The notes: generated by a model from the sequence alone, not told the origin. A stretch of DNA of 64,000 bases from an uncultured Flavobacteriales bacterium (GCA_903873905.1 CAIQQJ010000131.1:96490-160489); one strand, 5' to 3'; shown: positions 51,015-60,721, numbered from the stretch's first letter. A program made the numbers and translations.

Positions 51015-51086
51015 GTTGGAAAGTTGGAAAGTTGGAAAGTTGGAAAGTTGGAAAGTTGGAAAGTTGGAAAGTTGGAAAGTTGGAAA
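51015..51086. repeat. tandem octamer array gttggaaa x 9 (ctttccaa on the gene strand), 10 bp upstream of the lipoprotein ATG
   Basis: The sequence (gttggaaa)9gtta is directly visible. Confidence 0.85.
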
Positions 51087-51162
51087 GTTATTTTTTGTTA
51101 GTCTGATTTAAAAATCATTTGCAAACTTTCTAGAGGCAAACTTTTCAACTTGACAACTACAA

Positions 51163-51867
51163 TTAATTCGCTTCAAAACTATAACCAATTCCTTTTACTG
51201 TTTTAATAAATTGTTCACCTATTTTCTCTCTCAATTTGCGAATGTGAACGTCAATCGTGCGATTTTTTTCGCCAAACTCTCCACCCCAGATTTCTCGATA
51301 TATTTCATTGCGCGTAAAAACTTTTCTCGGAGAAGTTAGCATCAAGGCAAGCAATTCAAAAGCCTTTCTTGGTAAAACGATTTCTGTATTACCATTAAAT
51401 ACAATATAACGCTCTCTATCAATCCGAATGGTTCCCATTTGCACCGTTTTTGAGAGTTCCTTTAAACGATGACGCTTCAGGATTGCTTTTACACGCATCA
51501 CCAACACATTTGCGCGTATCGGCTTTATAATGTAATCATCAGCACCAGCTGAAAAAGCCGCTATTTGGGAATAATCCTCACTTCTGCCAGTATAAAATGC
51601 AATTAGCGTTTTTTGTAATGTAGGAATGGACTTCAGATCATGGCAAATTTCAATTCCGTCTGTTCCTGGAATAATCATATCCAGAATTACCAGATGAGGT
51701 TGATACTTTTTAGCAAGCTCTATTGCCTCTTTTCCATTATCGGTACACAAAACTTCAAAATTGGCAGCTTCTAATATCCCTTTAAGAGAAAGCAAAATAT
51801 GCTCATCAGAATCGACAATCAAAATCCTGTAACACTCCTTTAATTCCACAGATCCGTTGGTAAACAC
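51163..51867 (-). CDS. orphan OmpR-family response regulator
   Basis: 234 aa with a receiver plus winged-helix domain. I saw no adjacent kinase. Confidence 0.85.
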   Translation of the reverse strand: MFTNGSVELKECYRILIVDSDEHILLSLKGILEAANFEVLCTDNGKEAIELAKKYQPHLVILDMIIPGTDGIEICHDLKSIPTLQKTLIAFYTGRSEDYSQIAAFSAGADDYIIKPIRANVLVMRVKAILKRHRLKELSKTVQMGTIRIDRERYIVFNGNTEIVLPRKAFELLALMLTSPRKVFTRNEIYREIWGGEFGEKNRTIDVHIRKLREKIGEQFIKTVKGIGYSFEAN

Positions 51868-52218
51868 ATCGGCGAAAGTATCCTACCCACGTTGCGATGC
51901 CGTTAAGGCCATGTTAAGTTTAAAATAACAGTGTAAATAAAGCTCATTAATTAGACCTAAAATGAACAAAGACGATTTGAAAACTTCCAGCACCCTGAAA
52001 GCCAACAATGGTAACACTTTTAGCCAATACATCATTTAAGACACAACTATTTTTAGCCACGCCACGTTTTACTTCGTAATTTCAGTTCACAATTATGAAA
52101 TCAAAACACTTCGGTTTCTGGCTTATTTTTTTATTCCCATTTTCTGTTTCCTTTATTTGAAACCTGCAGAATACAAATTGTTTCAAACTGATTTTTTTCA
52201 TTCTCTGAATCTGTCAAA

Positions 52219-52563
52219 ATGAAAAGCAAGCCTGAGTCCGATTTTTTTTACATGGTGTATGAAGTGGTACGACTTGTTCCTAAAGGTCGCGTAACAACTT
52301 ATGGAGCCATTGCAAAATATCTCGGCATGAAAGGTTCTTCTCGTATGGTGGGTTGGGCCATGAACAGTTCCCATTCACATCACTCGCCTGTACCTGCGCA
52401 TCGTGTGGTTAATCGTGAAGGTTTGCTCACAGGAAAAAATCATTTCGCAACACCTACAATGATGCAAGAACTTTTGGAAAAAGAGGGAATCAAAGTTTCA
52501 AAAGACAAAATCTCCAATTTCAAAAACTATTTCTGGGATCCAAGTGAGGAATTGAAGTTGTAA
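52219..52563 (+). CDS. alkyltransferase-like (ATL) protein: MGMT-family DNA-binding domain with the active-site Cys replaced by Ala (PAHRVV)
   Basis: 114 aa. TYGAIA, a helix-turn-helix, then PAHRVVN where methyltransferases have PCHRV. This is the pattern of ATL proteins that bind O6-alkylguanine without repairing it. Confidence 0.7.
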   Translation: MKSKPESDFFYMVYEVVRLVPKGRVTTYGAIAKYLGMKGSSRMVGWAMNSSHSHHSPVPAHRVVNREGLLTGKNHFATPTMMQELLEKEGIKVSKDKISNFKNYFWDPSEELKL

Positions 52564-52636
52564 TTCAAATTTTCAGAATTCAAAAATTCTTTCACTTCAA
52601 AAGTCAATATTTTTTTTGGGATTGTTCTTCAAATTT

Positions 52637-55510
52637 CTAACGAAGCGGATAGGCACACAAATACTTCTTATTATTTCCACACACCAAAGTCAAACTTCCA
52701 TCGCCGTTCAATTTTCCAATACTAAATGCCGTGCTTCCTTGAATTGGGAATCCTTCTGCATCGGCTCCTCCATTATTTATCAAATGCAATTCCGACGAAG
52801 TCGGACACAAGACCCCGATACGGACATCTTTTGTATCAAAGAAAAAGATTTGCGGTGATGTTGTCGGTGGTGAATCAAAAGTAAAACTCATCACCGGTGC
52901 TTTGTCCTGATTAAATAACATCAAGCGATGTGCATCAAGAAAAATGAATTCGCGATTGCCATCACCGTCAATGTCGCGATAATCAAAACCGGGAGCATCT
53001 TCAAAATCCATGAAGTGCATTCTTTCCAAATCATCTGTCAAACTCAAGCGACTCACATTACCAATTGAATCGGAAGAAACAATTCTTGTTCGTGAAAGAT
53101 CCTTACCAGCTTCAACAATTATTTGTATCACTGGAGCATTCAGTTGTTCTTTCAAACTCAAGCGTGCATTCCCTTGTCTATCCACCACATAAATTTTTCC
53201 AGACCGATCTGCAATGATCACATAATCTTTTCCTCCAACCACAACGCGTTGTACAGGAACGAGAACAATGTCTTGGGTCATTGGCAATTTCCAACCTTCC
53301 ACTTTTTTACCCGTGATCTGATAATTGTAAATAATTTTATCGCTGCAGGCAATGAGAAAACGATAATCGCGATTGTTGTCGTAATCCATTATACTCAATG
53401 GGTTTGTTGCCATTGCTGGAAGTTTGATTGGGAATGGTGCAAGATCATTTCCATTTCTATCAATTACGTAAATTGAGGAAGTTGTATTAAAAGCTAACTG
53501 GTATTTTCCATTCTTTAAGGCATCCACCTGTTTCACTTCGCCAATTATTTTTTCGGACAATTGTTTTTTCCAATAAACAGTGCCAGTGTTACTGATGAGA
53601 TAAATCTTATTCGCATCATCCTGAATGAAAATATCTAAGCCTTTTGTTTTGTGATCCATCACCAAACAGGGTTTCCCGCTAAAGGTGGTGTCCAATTGTG
53701 TTTCCCAAAGTGTGGCAATGTCTTTTTTTGTTTGCGGATTGTGCCGAATGAAAATATTGGTATAAAACAAATCATTATCACTTGTGCTGTATTGCAAAAC
53801 CGCGCCATCAAAACGACGCAACAATTTGGAATGAACTTTCAAATCTTCATTGAGCGCAGAGGAACTGTTTTCCTTCAAGAGACCATCACAATGACCAGGT
53901 GATGCATACAAAGTCAAACTTGCTTCTTGCGACATATTCGTTGCGAAATCTGCATAGGAACGATTGTGCGCGAGTGTAGTTCCATTTTGATTCGATGCGA
54001 TGAAGGCTCGTAATGCATTTTCATCAGAAGCAAATACTACATATTGCTGCACAACGGTGTAATAAGCTTCACGCAAATCACTGAACATTTCCCCGAACGT
54101 TGCAGATAACATTTCAGGAACAGGCATTTTACGAATGACAAATCCACTTGAATCACTTGTTGGTTCGGAAGGAACAGTGTCATTTTTTATTTCAAGCGAT
54201 TGCAATGTTGATTTTGCTTCGGCAGTATTTGCTGAACTCAACAATGCAATGGTGGTTGTTCCTCCATCGGGAGCAGGAACTATTGCCATTACAATTTCAT
54301 TTCCCAACCAATTCGCAATTTGTTTGTCTGGATCAAAATTGTAATTGCGTTTCAGTTGTGCCAATTTATCTCGACGTTCATCCGCCAATCCTTCTCGTTC
54401 AAGAAATGCATCATAACGTTGATTGAACAATTGGAAATTGCTAATGCCGAAACTGGAATAGGTAATGGTTGAACCAGGAAGAACACTCGCCGCTTCGATG
54501 AGTTGCGGTTGTTGTCCCTTGAAAATCCCAAGGTATTCTTTCGCCGAATCGGGAGAAGAAGTATAACCATTCATTAAAACTGCATTCGGACGAAGTGACA
54601 AATCCATTTCGGTCCATTCAGCAAAACGATTGATACCTTCCAATCGATCTTGAAAATTATCATTTGAAATCCGTTTCAATCCCACTGATAATTTCTGGTA
54701 ATTGAAATAAATATTTGCGGCTGCTTTTTCTCCAGCGGTTTGTCGCACTGCGGAAAAACCCTTGTCATTTTTCAAGGTCGGACCTTTTCCCAATTGATCC
54801 ATTCCTGTTTTCAAAAGATCCTCATTGCAGGAAATCAGAATGACGCCTTCGCGCATGCCCGTACAAAATCCGCCATTGGTAATTTCACCAATGTGAAGAA
54901 TTGGATTTCCTTTCCAAATGGTTTCCGTAATTTTTTTTGTTCCTGCATGCTTTTTTACAAATGCTGCATAATCATCCATATCGCCTGTTGACGGAAGTGC
55001 ACTCGTGATGAGAAAATCAAAACCTTCATTACCGGTTAAATGAAGCGAGAGCCAACATTGCCGTTCTTCAAAAAAGGATTTTACATCTGCATCCGTATTG
55101 AGCAGCGAATCGATCAAGGTGGAAGTGTGTGAAACGGAAGTAGCCCATTGTGTTTCATTCAATGCATCCCAAACCAAATTTCCCTGACTCAATTTTGCCC
55201 AAGCACCATGCACATCATTTGAACTGATGACACAGAATGCAGAATTAGGAACAGCCTCGAGGGCATCGCGTGAAGGAGATTCCAGTTTTCGAATGCGGAA
55301 GAAGCCATAAATCCCCGCCCCTGCTATGAGCACAGCAGCAATAATGAGGAGAATTCGATTACGTTTTGACAAGTTCTTTGGCTTAACGTACGAATTTACT
55401 TGGCTTTGACAAGCGTTCTCACAATGAAATTGGGTACTTATTAAGAGTGAGTTGTTAAGAGAATGGGGTATTGAGACTGCGGCTTTGCTTTTGTACCCAT
55501 ACTCAATCAA
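52637..55510 (-). CDS. large membrane-anchored protein of unknown function with C-terminal FG-GAP-like beta-propeller repeats
   Basis: 957 aa. A single N-terminal transmembrane helix (ILLIIAAVLIAGAGIYGFF) is followed by a long unassigned domain, then DxDxDG-type repeats (RDIDGDGNRE, KLNGDGSL). Confidence 0.65.
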   Translation of the reverse strand: MIEYGYKSKAAVSIPHSLNNSLLISTQFHCENACQSQVNSYVKPKNLSKRNRILLIIAAVLIAGAGIYGFFRIRKLESPSRDALEAVPNSAFCVISSNDVHGAWAKLSQGNLVWDALNETQWATSVSHTSTLIDSLLNTDADVKSFFEERQCWLSLHLTGNEGFDFLITSALPSTGDMDDYAAFVKKHAGTKKITETIWKGNPILHIGEITNGGFCTGMREGVILISCNEDLLKTGMDQLGKGPTLKNDKGFSAVRQTAGEKAAANIYFNYQKLSVGLKRISNDNFQDRLEGINRFAEWTEMDLSLRPNAVLMNGYTSSPDSAKEYLGIFKGQQPQLIEAASVLPGSTITYSSFGISNFQLFNQRYDAFLEREGLADERRDKLAQLKRNYNFDPDKQIANWLGNEIVMAIVPAPDGGTTTIALLSSANTAEAKSTLQSLEIKNDTVPSEPTSDSSGFVIRKMPVPEMLSATFGEMFSDLREAYYTVVQQYVVFASDENALRAFIASNQNGTTLAHNRSYADFATNMSQEASLTLYASPGHCDGLLKENSSSALNEDLKVHSKLLRRFDGAVLQYSTSDNDLFYTNIFIRHNPQTKKDIATLWETQLDTTFSGKPCLVMDHKTKGLDIFIQDDANKIYLISNTGTVYWKKQLSEKIIGEVKQVDALKNGKYQLAFNTTSSIYVIDRNGNDLAPFPIKLPAMATNPLSIMDYDNNRDYRFLIACSDKIIYNYQITGKKVEGWKLPMTQDIVLVPVQRVVVGGKDYVIIADRSGKIYVVDRQGNARLSLKEQLNAPVIQIIVEAGKDLSRTRIVSSDSIGNVSRLSLTDDLERMHFMDFEDAPGFDYRDIDGDGNREFIFLDAHRLMLFNQDKAPVMSFTFDSPPTTSPQIFFFDTKDVRIGVLCPTSSELHLINNGGADAEGFPIQGSTAFSIGKLNGDGSLTLVCGNNKKYLCAYPLR

Positions 55511-55513
55511 ATC

Positions 55514-55936
55514 TTACTCAATCAAAAATTCTGCTTCCACTTGATATCTCATTTTAATATCCTGCGGGCTTCCTGCAGGTTGTGCCATAGTAGAACTATA
55601 GGTTGAGTTACTCGTGGAAGATTGTGAAGGTTGCAATGACCACCTTGCGTTTTCGTCATCATTTACTTCTTTTACACTTACGATTTCGCCAATGGTTTTA
55701 TCCACTTTGCTCAACATGAATTGTGCTTTGTCTTGCGCATTTTTAAGTGCTTGTGCTTTCAGGTCTTTTCTCATTTGTTGTTCTTTCGACGATTTGAAAT
55801 CACCAAGTGTGAGATAAGAAATTCCTTTGGTATCGAGTTGTTGAACGATTGAAACGGCGGAAAGCAAAATCGTGGTGGAAATCATGGTGGAGGCTAGAAC
55901 AAAGGCGGAGGACGGCACTAATAAAAGTATTTGCAA
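55514..55936 (-). CDS. SIMPL-domain-like protein, apparently only the C-terminal half
   Basis: 140 aa. The C-terminal part resembles SIMPL/DUF541 (KAQALKNAQDKAQFMLSKVDKTIGEIVSV...YQVEAEFLIE). The N-terminal half of the domain is missing. Confidence 0.45.
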   Translation of the reverse strand: MQILLLVPSSAFVLASTMISTTILLSAVSIVQQLDTKGISYLTLGDFKSSKEQQMRKDLKAQALKNAQDKAQFMLSKVDKTIGEIVSVKEVNDDENARWSLQPSQSSTSNSTYSSTMAQPAGSPQDIKMRYQVEAEFLIE

Positions 55937-56005
55937 TGGATTTGTAAGTTCTTGGATTAATTAGTTGTGTAGTGATGTAACTTTGTACACTTAATTTTTC
56001 CTCCA

Positions 56006-56401
56006 ATGTCAATATTTAATAAAGGTCCCGTTTATAGCGTTGTATTTTCGAAATGCCCAAAATGTAATCTGTCAAATCTTTATGTTGACAATCATCCTTA
56101 TCATCTGAAAAAACTCGGGCAGATGAAAAAGGAATGTGAGAAGTGCGGACAGAAATATGAACCTGAAACGGGTTTTTATTATGGAGCAATGTATGTGAGT
56201 TATTTTTTGTCCATTCTTTTCATGTTTATTCCTGCTGGAATTCTTTATCTCGCATTTGATACGAGTTTGGAAACAAACATTGGTGTGGTGATAGGAATTT
56301 ACATTTTCATGTATCCGATACTTTTCCGTTGGTCGCGAAATATTTGGCTGAATCTTTTCGTTCCTTTTGATGAGGAGGTGAAAGCGAAAATCCTTGGATA
56401 A
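56006..56401 (+). CDS. DUF983-like small membrane protein with N-terminal CxxC...CxxC zinc ribbon
   Basis: 131 aa. CPKC...CEKC, then two transmembrane helices. Confidence 0.55.
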   Translation: MSIFNKGPVYSVVFSKCPKCNLSNLYVDNHPYHLKKLGQMKKECEKCGQKYEPETGFYYGAMYVSYFLSILFMFIPAGILYLAFDTSLETNIGVVIGIYIFMYPILFRWSRNIWLNLFVPFDEEVKAKILG

Positions 56402-56542
56402 TTGTGCTTTAGCTATTGACGATTCTAAAAGTGGCAGTTTGTTTTTCACACAATAGTTTATCAAACTGAAATCACAATCTCTTACCTTCTTGGCATTCTA
56501 TTTGCCTTTCTATAGGAAATAGACGATATTTGTTTAGAATAA

Positions 56543-56962
56543 ATGCCCATGAAAACAAAGAACCTTTTTCTACTGCTGGTAATTTCCATCACTGTTGTTT
56601 TTTCAGCTTGTCAGCCCGATCAACAACCGACACCAACCGATGCGCGTGATGTTTATGTCGCATCTTGGACATGTAATGAAAATAGTTCGCAGATTGGACC
56701 AAGTGTTTTTACGGTTCACATTAACAAAGTGACTTCAAGTACAACACAAGTGCAAATTGAAAACTTTTACAACATTGGTTTTAACTTCAATGCAAAAGTT
56801 GAAATCACTGGAAGTTCGATGTCTATTCCTGTGCAAACCATCAATGGAAATCAGGTTCATGGCAGCGGAACAAAAACGGGAGCCAACAGCATTAGTCTCA
56901 CTTATTATGTGAACAATGGAAGTGGCATTGATACTTGCACCGCTACGCTTGCCCGTCAATAA
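56543..56962 (+). CDS. small lipoprotein (hypothetical)
   Basis: 139 aa. Lipobox VFSAC. Confidence 0.5.
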   Translation: MPMKTKNLFLLLVISITVVFSACQPDQQPTPTDARDVYVASWTCNENSSQIGPSVFTVHINKVTSSTTQVQIENFYNIGFNFNAKVEITGSSMSIPVQTINGNQVHGSGTKTGANSISLTYYVNNGSGIDTCTATLARQ

Positions 56963-56999
56963 TTGCATTTATTCCCAAATCAAAATCCCACAATTTAGT

Positions 57000-58205
57000 A
57001 TGACAAAAAACACTCCCATGAAATTTCTATTCAGCCTGTTTGCTGTTTTAATAATTTCACTTCCTGTTCTTGCACAACAATACACTTCTTCGGAAGTAAA
57101 ATCCATTGAGAAGGCAAAATCATATTATGCAAAAAACAAATATGACAAGGCCATTGCAACTTTGAAAAAAGTGCAAGTCACGCATTTTTATGATGATGAT
57201 TTGTGGGAATTGCGTTGCTCTTATGAATATGATCGCTACAATGCACAAGTGATTTTGGATTTTTTGGACATTCTCAAAAAAGCTGGAAAGAAAAATGCTT
57301 CTTTCGATTTTGACAAATTGAAATCCACACAATACCACCAGGAAATGATCAATGCTTGTTCTGTTGCTACAATGGTTTGTGGAAAACAGGAAACAGCTTC
57401 AATGATTTTGCATGAACAGTTTATTGAACCTTCTGGAATCGACAGTGCCGTTACGGATGAGGCAAAAAATGAATACAGTAAAGGTGGTGACGAATTCAAC
57501 AATTCAAATTATTCTGCAGCCATTCGTGCCTATGAAAATGCATTGAAACTCGACAGCATTTATTATTATGCGAATTATAAAATAGGAATGTGCTATTACT
57601 CCGACGAGAAATATGAAAAAGCAGTTCCATATTTCCTTAAGGCAATTGCATTGGAACCAAAAATGTTGAGTTCACGCCAGAATTTAGTTTCCTGTTTGAT
57701 GCTGTCAAAAAACTGGCAAGAAGCTTACGAAGCGTGTGTGGATGGAATCATCGCTTATCCGGACATTCGCTTTTTTACAAAATTGAATCTGATCGCCGAT
57801 AAACTTGGAAAAACTTTTAACCGTCATTGGATGTCGCGCAATTATCTCCCAAGCATGATTACTTCCACCTCACAGGGTGCAATTGCAGCGGAACCTTGGT
57901 CCTATTACCGTGAGGCAAAAGACAAGATTTCGGATTTCTGCAATGATTTTGGAATTGTAAAAAAGAAGGTGGAGTTTACTGAACAAAAATATTTGGAGAC
58001 ATACAGCTGGGAATTCATGTTGAAGAAAACCGACACGGAAGATGGAGAATTCGGCTTCGCACGTAAAATGCAGAAGGAAGGATATCTCGATTGTTACGCA
58101 ATGGTGAGCATGTATCACATCGCCTTCTCTGAACAATACGAAGATTTTTCCAAGAAAAATGCGGATCGCATTCGACAATATATCGCAACCTATTTGGTGA
58201 AATAA
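57000..58205 (+). CDS. secreted TPR-repeat protein
   Basis: Start at internal MTKNTPMKFLFSLFAVLIISLPVLAQ. TPR-like helices (YSAAIRAYENALKLDSIYYYANYKIGMCYY). Confidence 0.65.
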   Translation: MTKNTPMKFLFSLFAVLIISLPVLAQQYTSSEVKSIEKAKSYYAKNKYDKAIATLKKVQVTHFYDDDLWELRCSYEYDRYNAQVILDFLDILKKAGKKNASFDFDKLKSTQYHQEMINACSVATMVCGKQETASMILHEQFIEPSGIDSAVTDEAKNEYSKGGDEFNNSNYSAAIRAYENALKLDSIYYYANYKIGMCYYSDEKYEKAVPYFLKAIALEPKMLSSRQNLVSCLMLSKNWQEAYEACVDGIIAYPDIRFFTKLNLIADKLGKTFNRHWMSRNYLPSMITSTSQGAIAAEPWSYYREAKDKISDFCNDFGIVKKKVEFTEQKYLETYSWEFMLKKTDTEDGEFGFARKMQKEGYLDCYAMVSMYHIAFSEQYEDFSKKNADRIRQYIATYLVK

Positions 58206-58223
58206 TAATTAGGAAAATGAAAT

Positions 58224-58262
58224 GAGAAAGCCGCTTCAATTACGAAGCGGCTTTCTTGTTAT
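58224..58262. terminator. bidirectional rho-independent terminator (TPR gene / nfu)
   Basis: gaaagccgcttcaattacgaagcggctttcttgtt forms a perfect 12-bp stem. Confidence 0.6.
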
Positions 58263-58278
58263 AAAAAAAATAAAAAAA

Positions 58279-58539
58279 TTATTTCACAACAGGAACCACA
58301 ATCAAATTCACCGCTTCCACTGAAACAATTTCAGGTGCAGCTTTTCTGATCGCTTCCTCAATTCCCGCCTTGAACGTCATCAAATTCATCGAACATGATT
58401 TGCACGCTCCGAGAAATTCGATTCGCACAATGTTGTCGTCGGTTATTTCCAATAACGAAACATCACCACCATCTGCTTGCAGGAATGGACGTAATTGTTC
58501 CAAGGCAAGTTCAATTCTATTTTTAAGTTCTGTTCGCAT
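58279..58539 (-). CDS. NifU-like Fe-S cluster assembly protein (Nfu type)
   Basis: CKSCSMNLMT (CxxC) and the Nfu fold. Start at internal MRTELKNRIELA. Confidence 0.75.
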   Translation of the reverse strand: MRTELKNRIELALEQLRPFLQADGGDVSLLEITDDNIVRIEFLGACKSCSMNLMTFKAGIEEAIRKAAPEIVSVEAVNLIVVPVVK

Positions 58540-58549
58540 CTGTTTTTTT

Positions 58550-59650
58550 CTAATTATTTTTTTCAGCCACTTCGGCCGCAACAGCTTTTGGTTTTGAATT
58601 CACGATCGCCACTTGCTGCGCAACGTTACCCGCCATTTCCAAAAATGCTTTGGCTTGTGGAGTGGTTTCCTGTAAAACCACAGGGCGACCAACATCACCC
58701 GATTCACAAATGCTTTGCACCAATGGAATTTCTCCGAGAAGAGGAACATCCAAATCTTCCGCCAATTGTTTTGCACCTTCTCTACCGAAAATGTAATATT
58801 TATTTTCAGGCAATTCTGCTGGTGTGAAGTACGCCATGTTTTCTACAATTCCCAGAATAGGAATGTTGATGGATGGCAACTTAAACATCGCGACAGCTTT
58901 TTTCGCATCGGCCAAGGCTACATTCTGAGGAGTGCTGACAATCACTGCGCCTGTAACTGGAATTGCTTCCACGAGTGAGAGGTGAATGTCCCCAGTTCCT
59001 GGAGGAAGATCTACAATCATGTAATCGAGTTCGCCCCAAATGGTTTGACTCAACATTTGATTCAGCGCACGAACAGCAATTGGTCCACGCCAAACAACAG
59101 CTTGATTGATTTCAGCGAAAAAACCCATTGACAATATTTTCACACCATAACTTTCCACCGGAACCATGATATCCTTATCGTCAATTTTCTTCAATTGCGG
59201 TTTTTCATTTACGCAATCGAACATGATGGGCATGGAAGGTCCGTAAATGTCTGCGTCGATCACACCAACACGTGCACCCTGCATGGCAAGTGCACAAGCA
59301 AGATTTGCGGCAACTGTTGATTTTCCTACACCACCTTTTCCAGATGCAACAACAATAAAATTCTTGATGCCTTGCAATTCAAGGCCACTTCGTTGTGAAG
59401 TCACATTCGAAGTCATGTTCACATGGGCAACAGCGTCTTTATCTACAAAATTCGCAATTGCATTCACGCAATTTCTCTTGATCAACTCTTTCAATGGACA
59501 AGCTGGAGTTGTGAGTACAACAGAAAACGAAATGTTTTTTCCATCAATCACAATATCCTGCACCATTCCAAGTGTCACGATATCTTTTTTAAGATCAGGG
59601 TCCTCCACGTTGCGGAGCGCTTCGAGGACTATTTCTTTTGTTATTTTCAT
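58550..59650 (-). CDS. apbC: Mrp/ApbC family Fe-S cluster carrier ATPase
   Basis: Walker A GKGGVGKST, an N-terminal DUF59-like domain and a CxxC pair. Start at MKITKEIVLEAL. Confidence 0.88.
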   Translation of the reverse strand: MKITKEIVLEALRNVEDPDLKKDIVTLGMVQDIVIDGKNISFSVVLTTPACPLKELIKRNCVNAIANFVDKDAVAHVNMTSNVTSQRSGLELQGIKNFIVVASGKGGVGKSTVAANLACALAMQGARVGVIDADIYGPSMPIMFDCVNEKPQLKKIDDKDIMVPVESYGVKILSMGFFAEINQAVVWRGPIAVRALNQMLSQTIWGELDYMIVDLPPGTGDIHLSLVEAIPVTGAVIVSTPQNVALADAKKAVAMFKLPSINIPILGIVENMAYFTPAELPENKYYIFGREGAKQLAEDLDVPLLGEIPLVQSICESGDVGRPVVLQETTPQAKAFLEMAGNVAQQVAIVNSKPKAVAAEVAEKNN

Positions 59651-59741
59651 AGCGCAAAGGTAAGGAGAAGGAGCAGGCAAAAAAGAAGAAGTTGGCAGGA
59701 AATTTTAGCTCCAATTCATTTCAAGGAAATTGTTAAAATAT

Positions 59742-59870
59742 TTTGGGCGTGCCCCCAACAGTACTGTTGGGGGCGGGCTATACGTTGCAAGTCCTCAGCC
59801 GCAGTGTCGGGTTTAAAAACCCAACACAGCGTCTTCCGGGCTTTCCTCTCCTATCCCTCACGCAAAAAAG
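59742..59870 (-). repeat. dispersed intergenic repeat element, copy C (22-bp palindrome cccccaacagtactgttggggg plus an extra hairpin gtgtcgggtttaaaaacccaacac)
   Basis: It shares the gcgtgccc, gggctat.cgttgcaagtcctc, ccgggcttt and tatccctcacgc modules with copy B, in rearranged order. Confidence 0.65.
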
Positions 59871-60067
59871 GTTTTGCCACTAAGACACAAAAGCACTAAG
59901 CATTATGGAAAAATCTAATTCTACTTTGAATCACCTATTTCTTATTCCGCGGATTGGGCGGATTTTTTTGAATGGATTTTAAAAAGCAAATCCCTAATCA
60001 CTTCATCTCTTAATTCCTTCATCACCACTCACCCTTTTCTTGGCTTATTAATTGCTACTTTCAGCGT

Positions 60068-60553
60068 ATGAAACGTTTCTGTATTTCCACCATTTTGATT
60101 TTTGTCGCAAGTTTTTCTTTTGCACAGAAAAGTTATCTGGTTCATTTGACTATTGACAAAATATATCTGGGAAAAGATTCTGTTATTTTCAAAAACGGAA
60201 AAACATTTTTGCTTGAAATGAAAAATCATTCTGATACGCTTGAAGTTGCCAAGCTAGGAGGAATTCCTGTTGCAATTGTAATTGATGTTAGAAGAGCAAA
60301 AGTGGGAGAACGAATAAAATATCAGATTGGATATTCTTTTTACAAAAAGGAAAATTCGAAATGGACAATCATCAGAAATTTTGGTTTCATTGATCGTTAT
60401 GAATTGAATTCAGCAACGCCAGAATTTGAAGCTTCTGCAAAGAAGAAATCTGCACACGAAGAATATCACTGTTCCATTGGAGAACCACAACAGTTCGCCG
60501 CTTTTTTTCGGATGGATGTTTATAAAAAGGGAGTGGTGGCAGGAGGCAAGTGA
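60068..60553 (+). CDS. hypothetical secreted protein (161 aa)
   Basis: Signal peptide MKRFCISTILIFVASFSFAQ. I recognise no family. It is flanked by repeat copies C and D. Confidence 0.5.
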   Translation: MKRFCISTILIFVASFSFAQKSYLVHLTIDKIYLGKDSVIFKNGKTFLLEMKNHSDTLEVAKLGGIPVAIVIDVRRAKVGERIKYQIGYSFYKKENSKWTIIRNFGFIDRYELNSATPEFEASAKKKSAHEEYHCSIGEPQQFAAFFRMDVYKKGVVAGGK

Positions 60554-60572
60554 CAAGGGTGTTTTCTTTAAG

Positions 60573-60680
60573 TTTTTTTGCGCAAGGGATAGTAGTGGAA
60601 AGCCCACAGCTGCGTGGCAAGTGTGTTGGAGCGAGGACTTGAAACGGATAGCCCGACCCGCAGGGATGCGCCCAAATAAA
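60573..60680 (+). repeat. dispersed intergenic repeat element, copy D (central palindrome replaced by acagctgcgtggcaagtgtgttgg)
   Basis: The sequence tttttttgcgcaagggatagtagtggaaagccc...gcgaggacttgaaacggatagcccgacccgcagggatgcgcc matches the ends of copy A. Confidence 0.6.
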
Positions 60681-60721
60681 AAGAGCGGCAGGAAAAAAGC
60701 GGCAGGAGGCAGTCAAATAAA

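Noticed and set aside
51015-51086. Tandem arrays (here and at 1044, 2981) considered as CRISPR
   Set aside because: The units are 7-8 bp with no spacers and no cas genes. These are simple tandem repeats.
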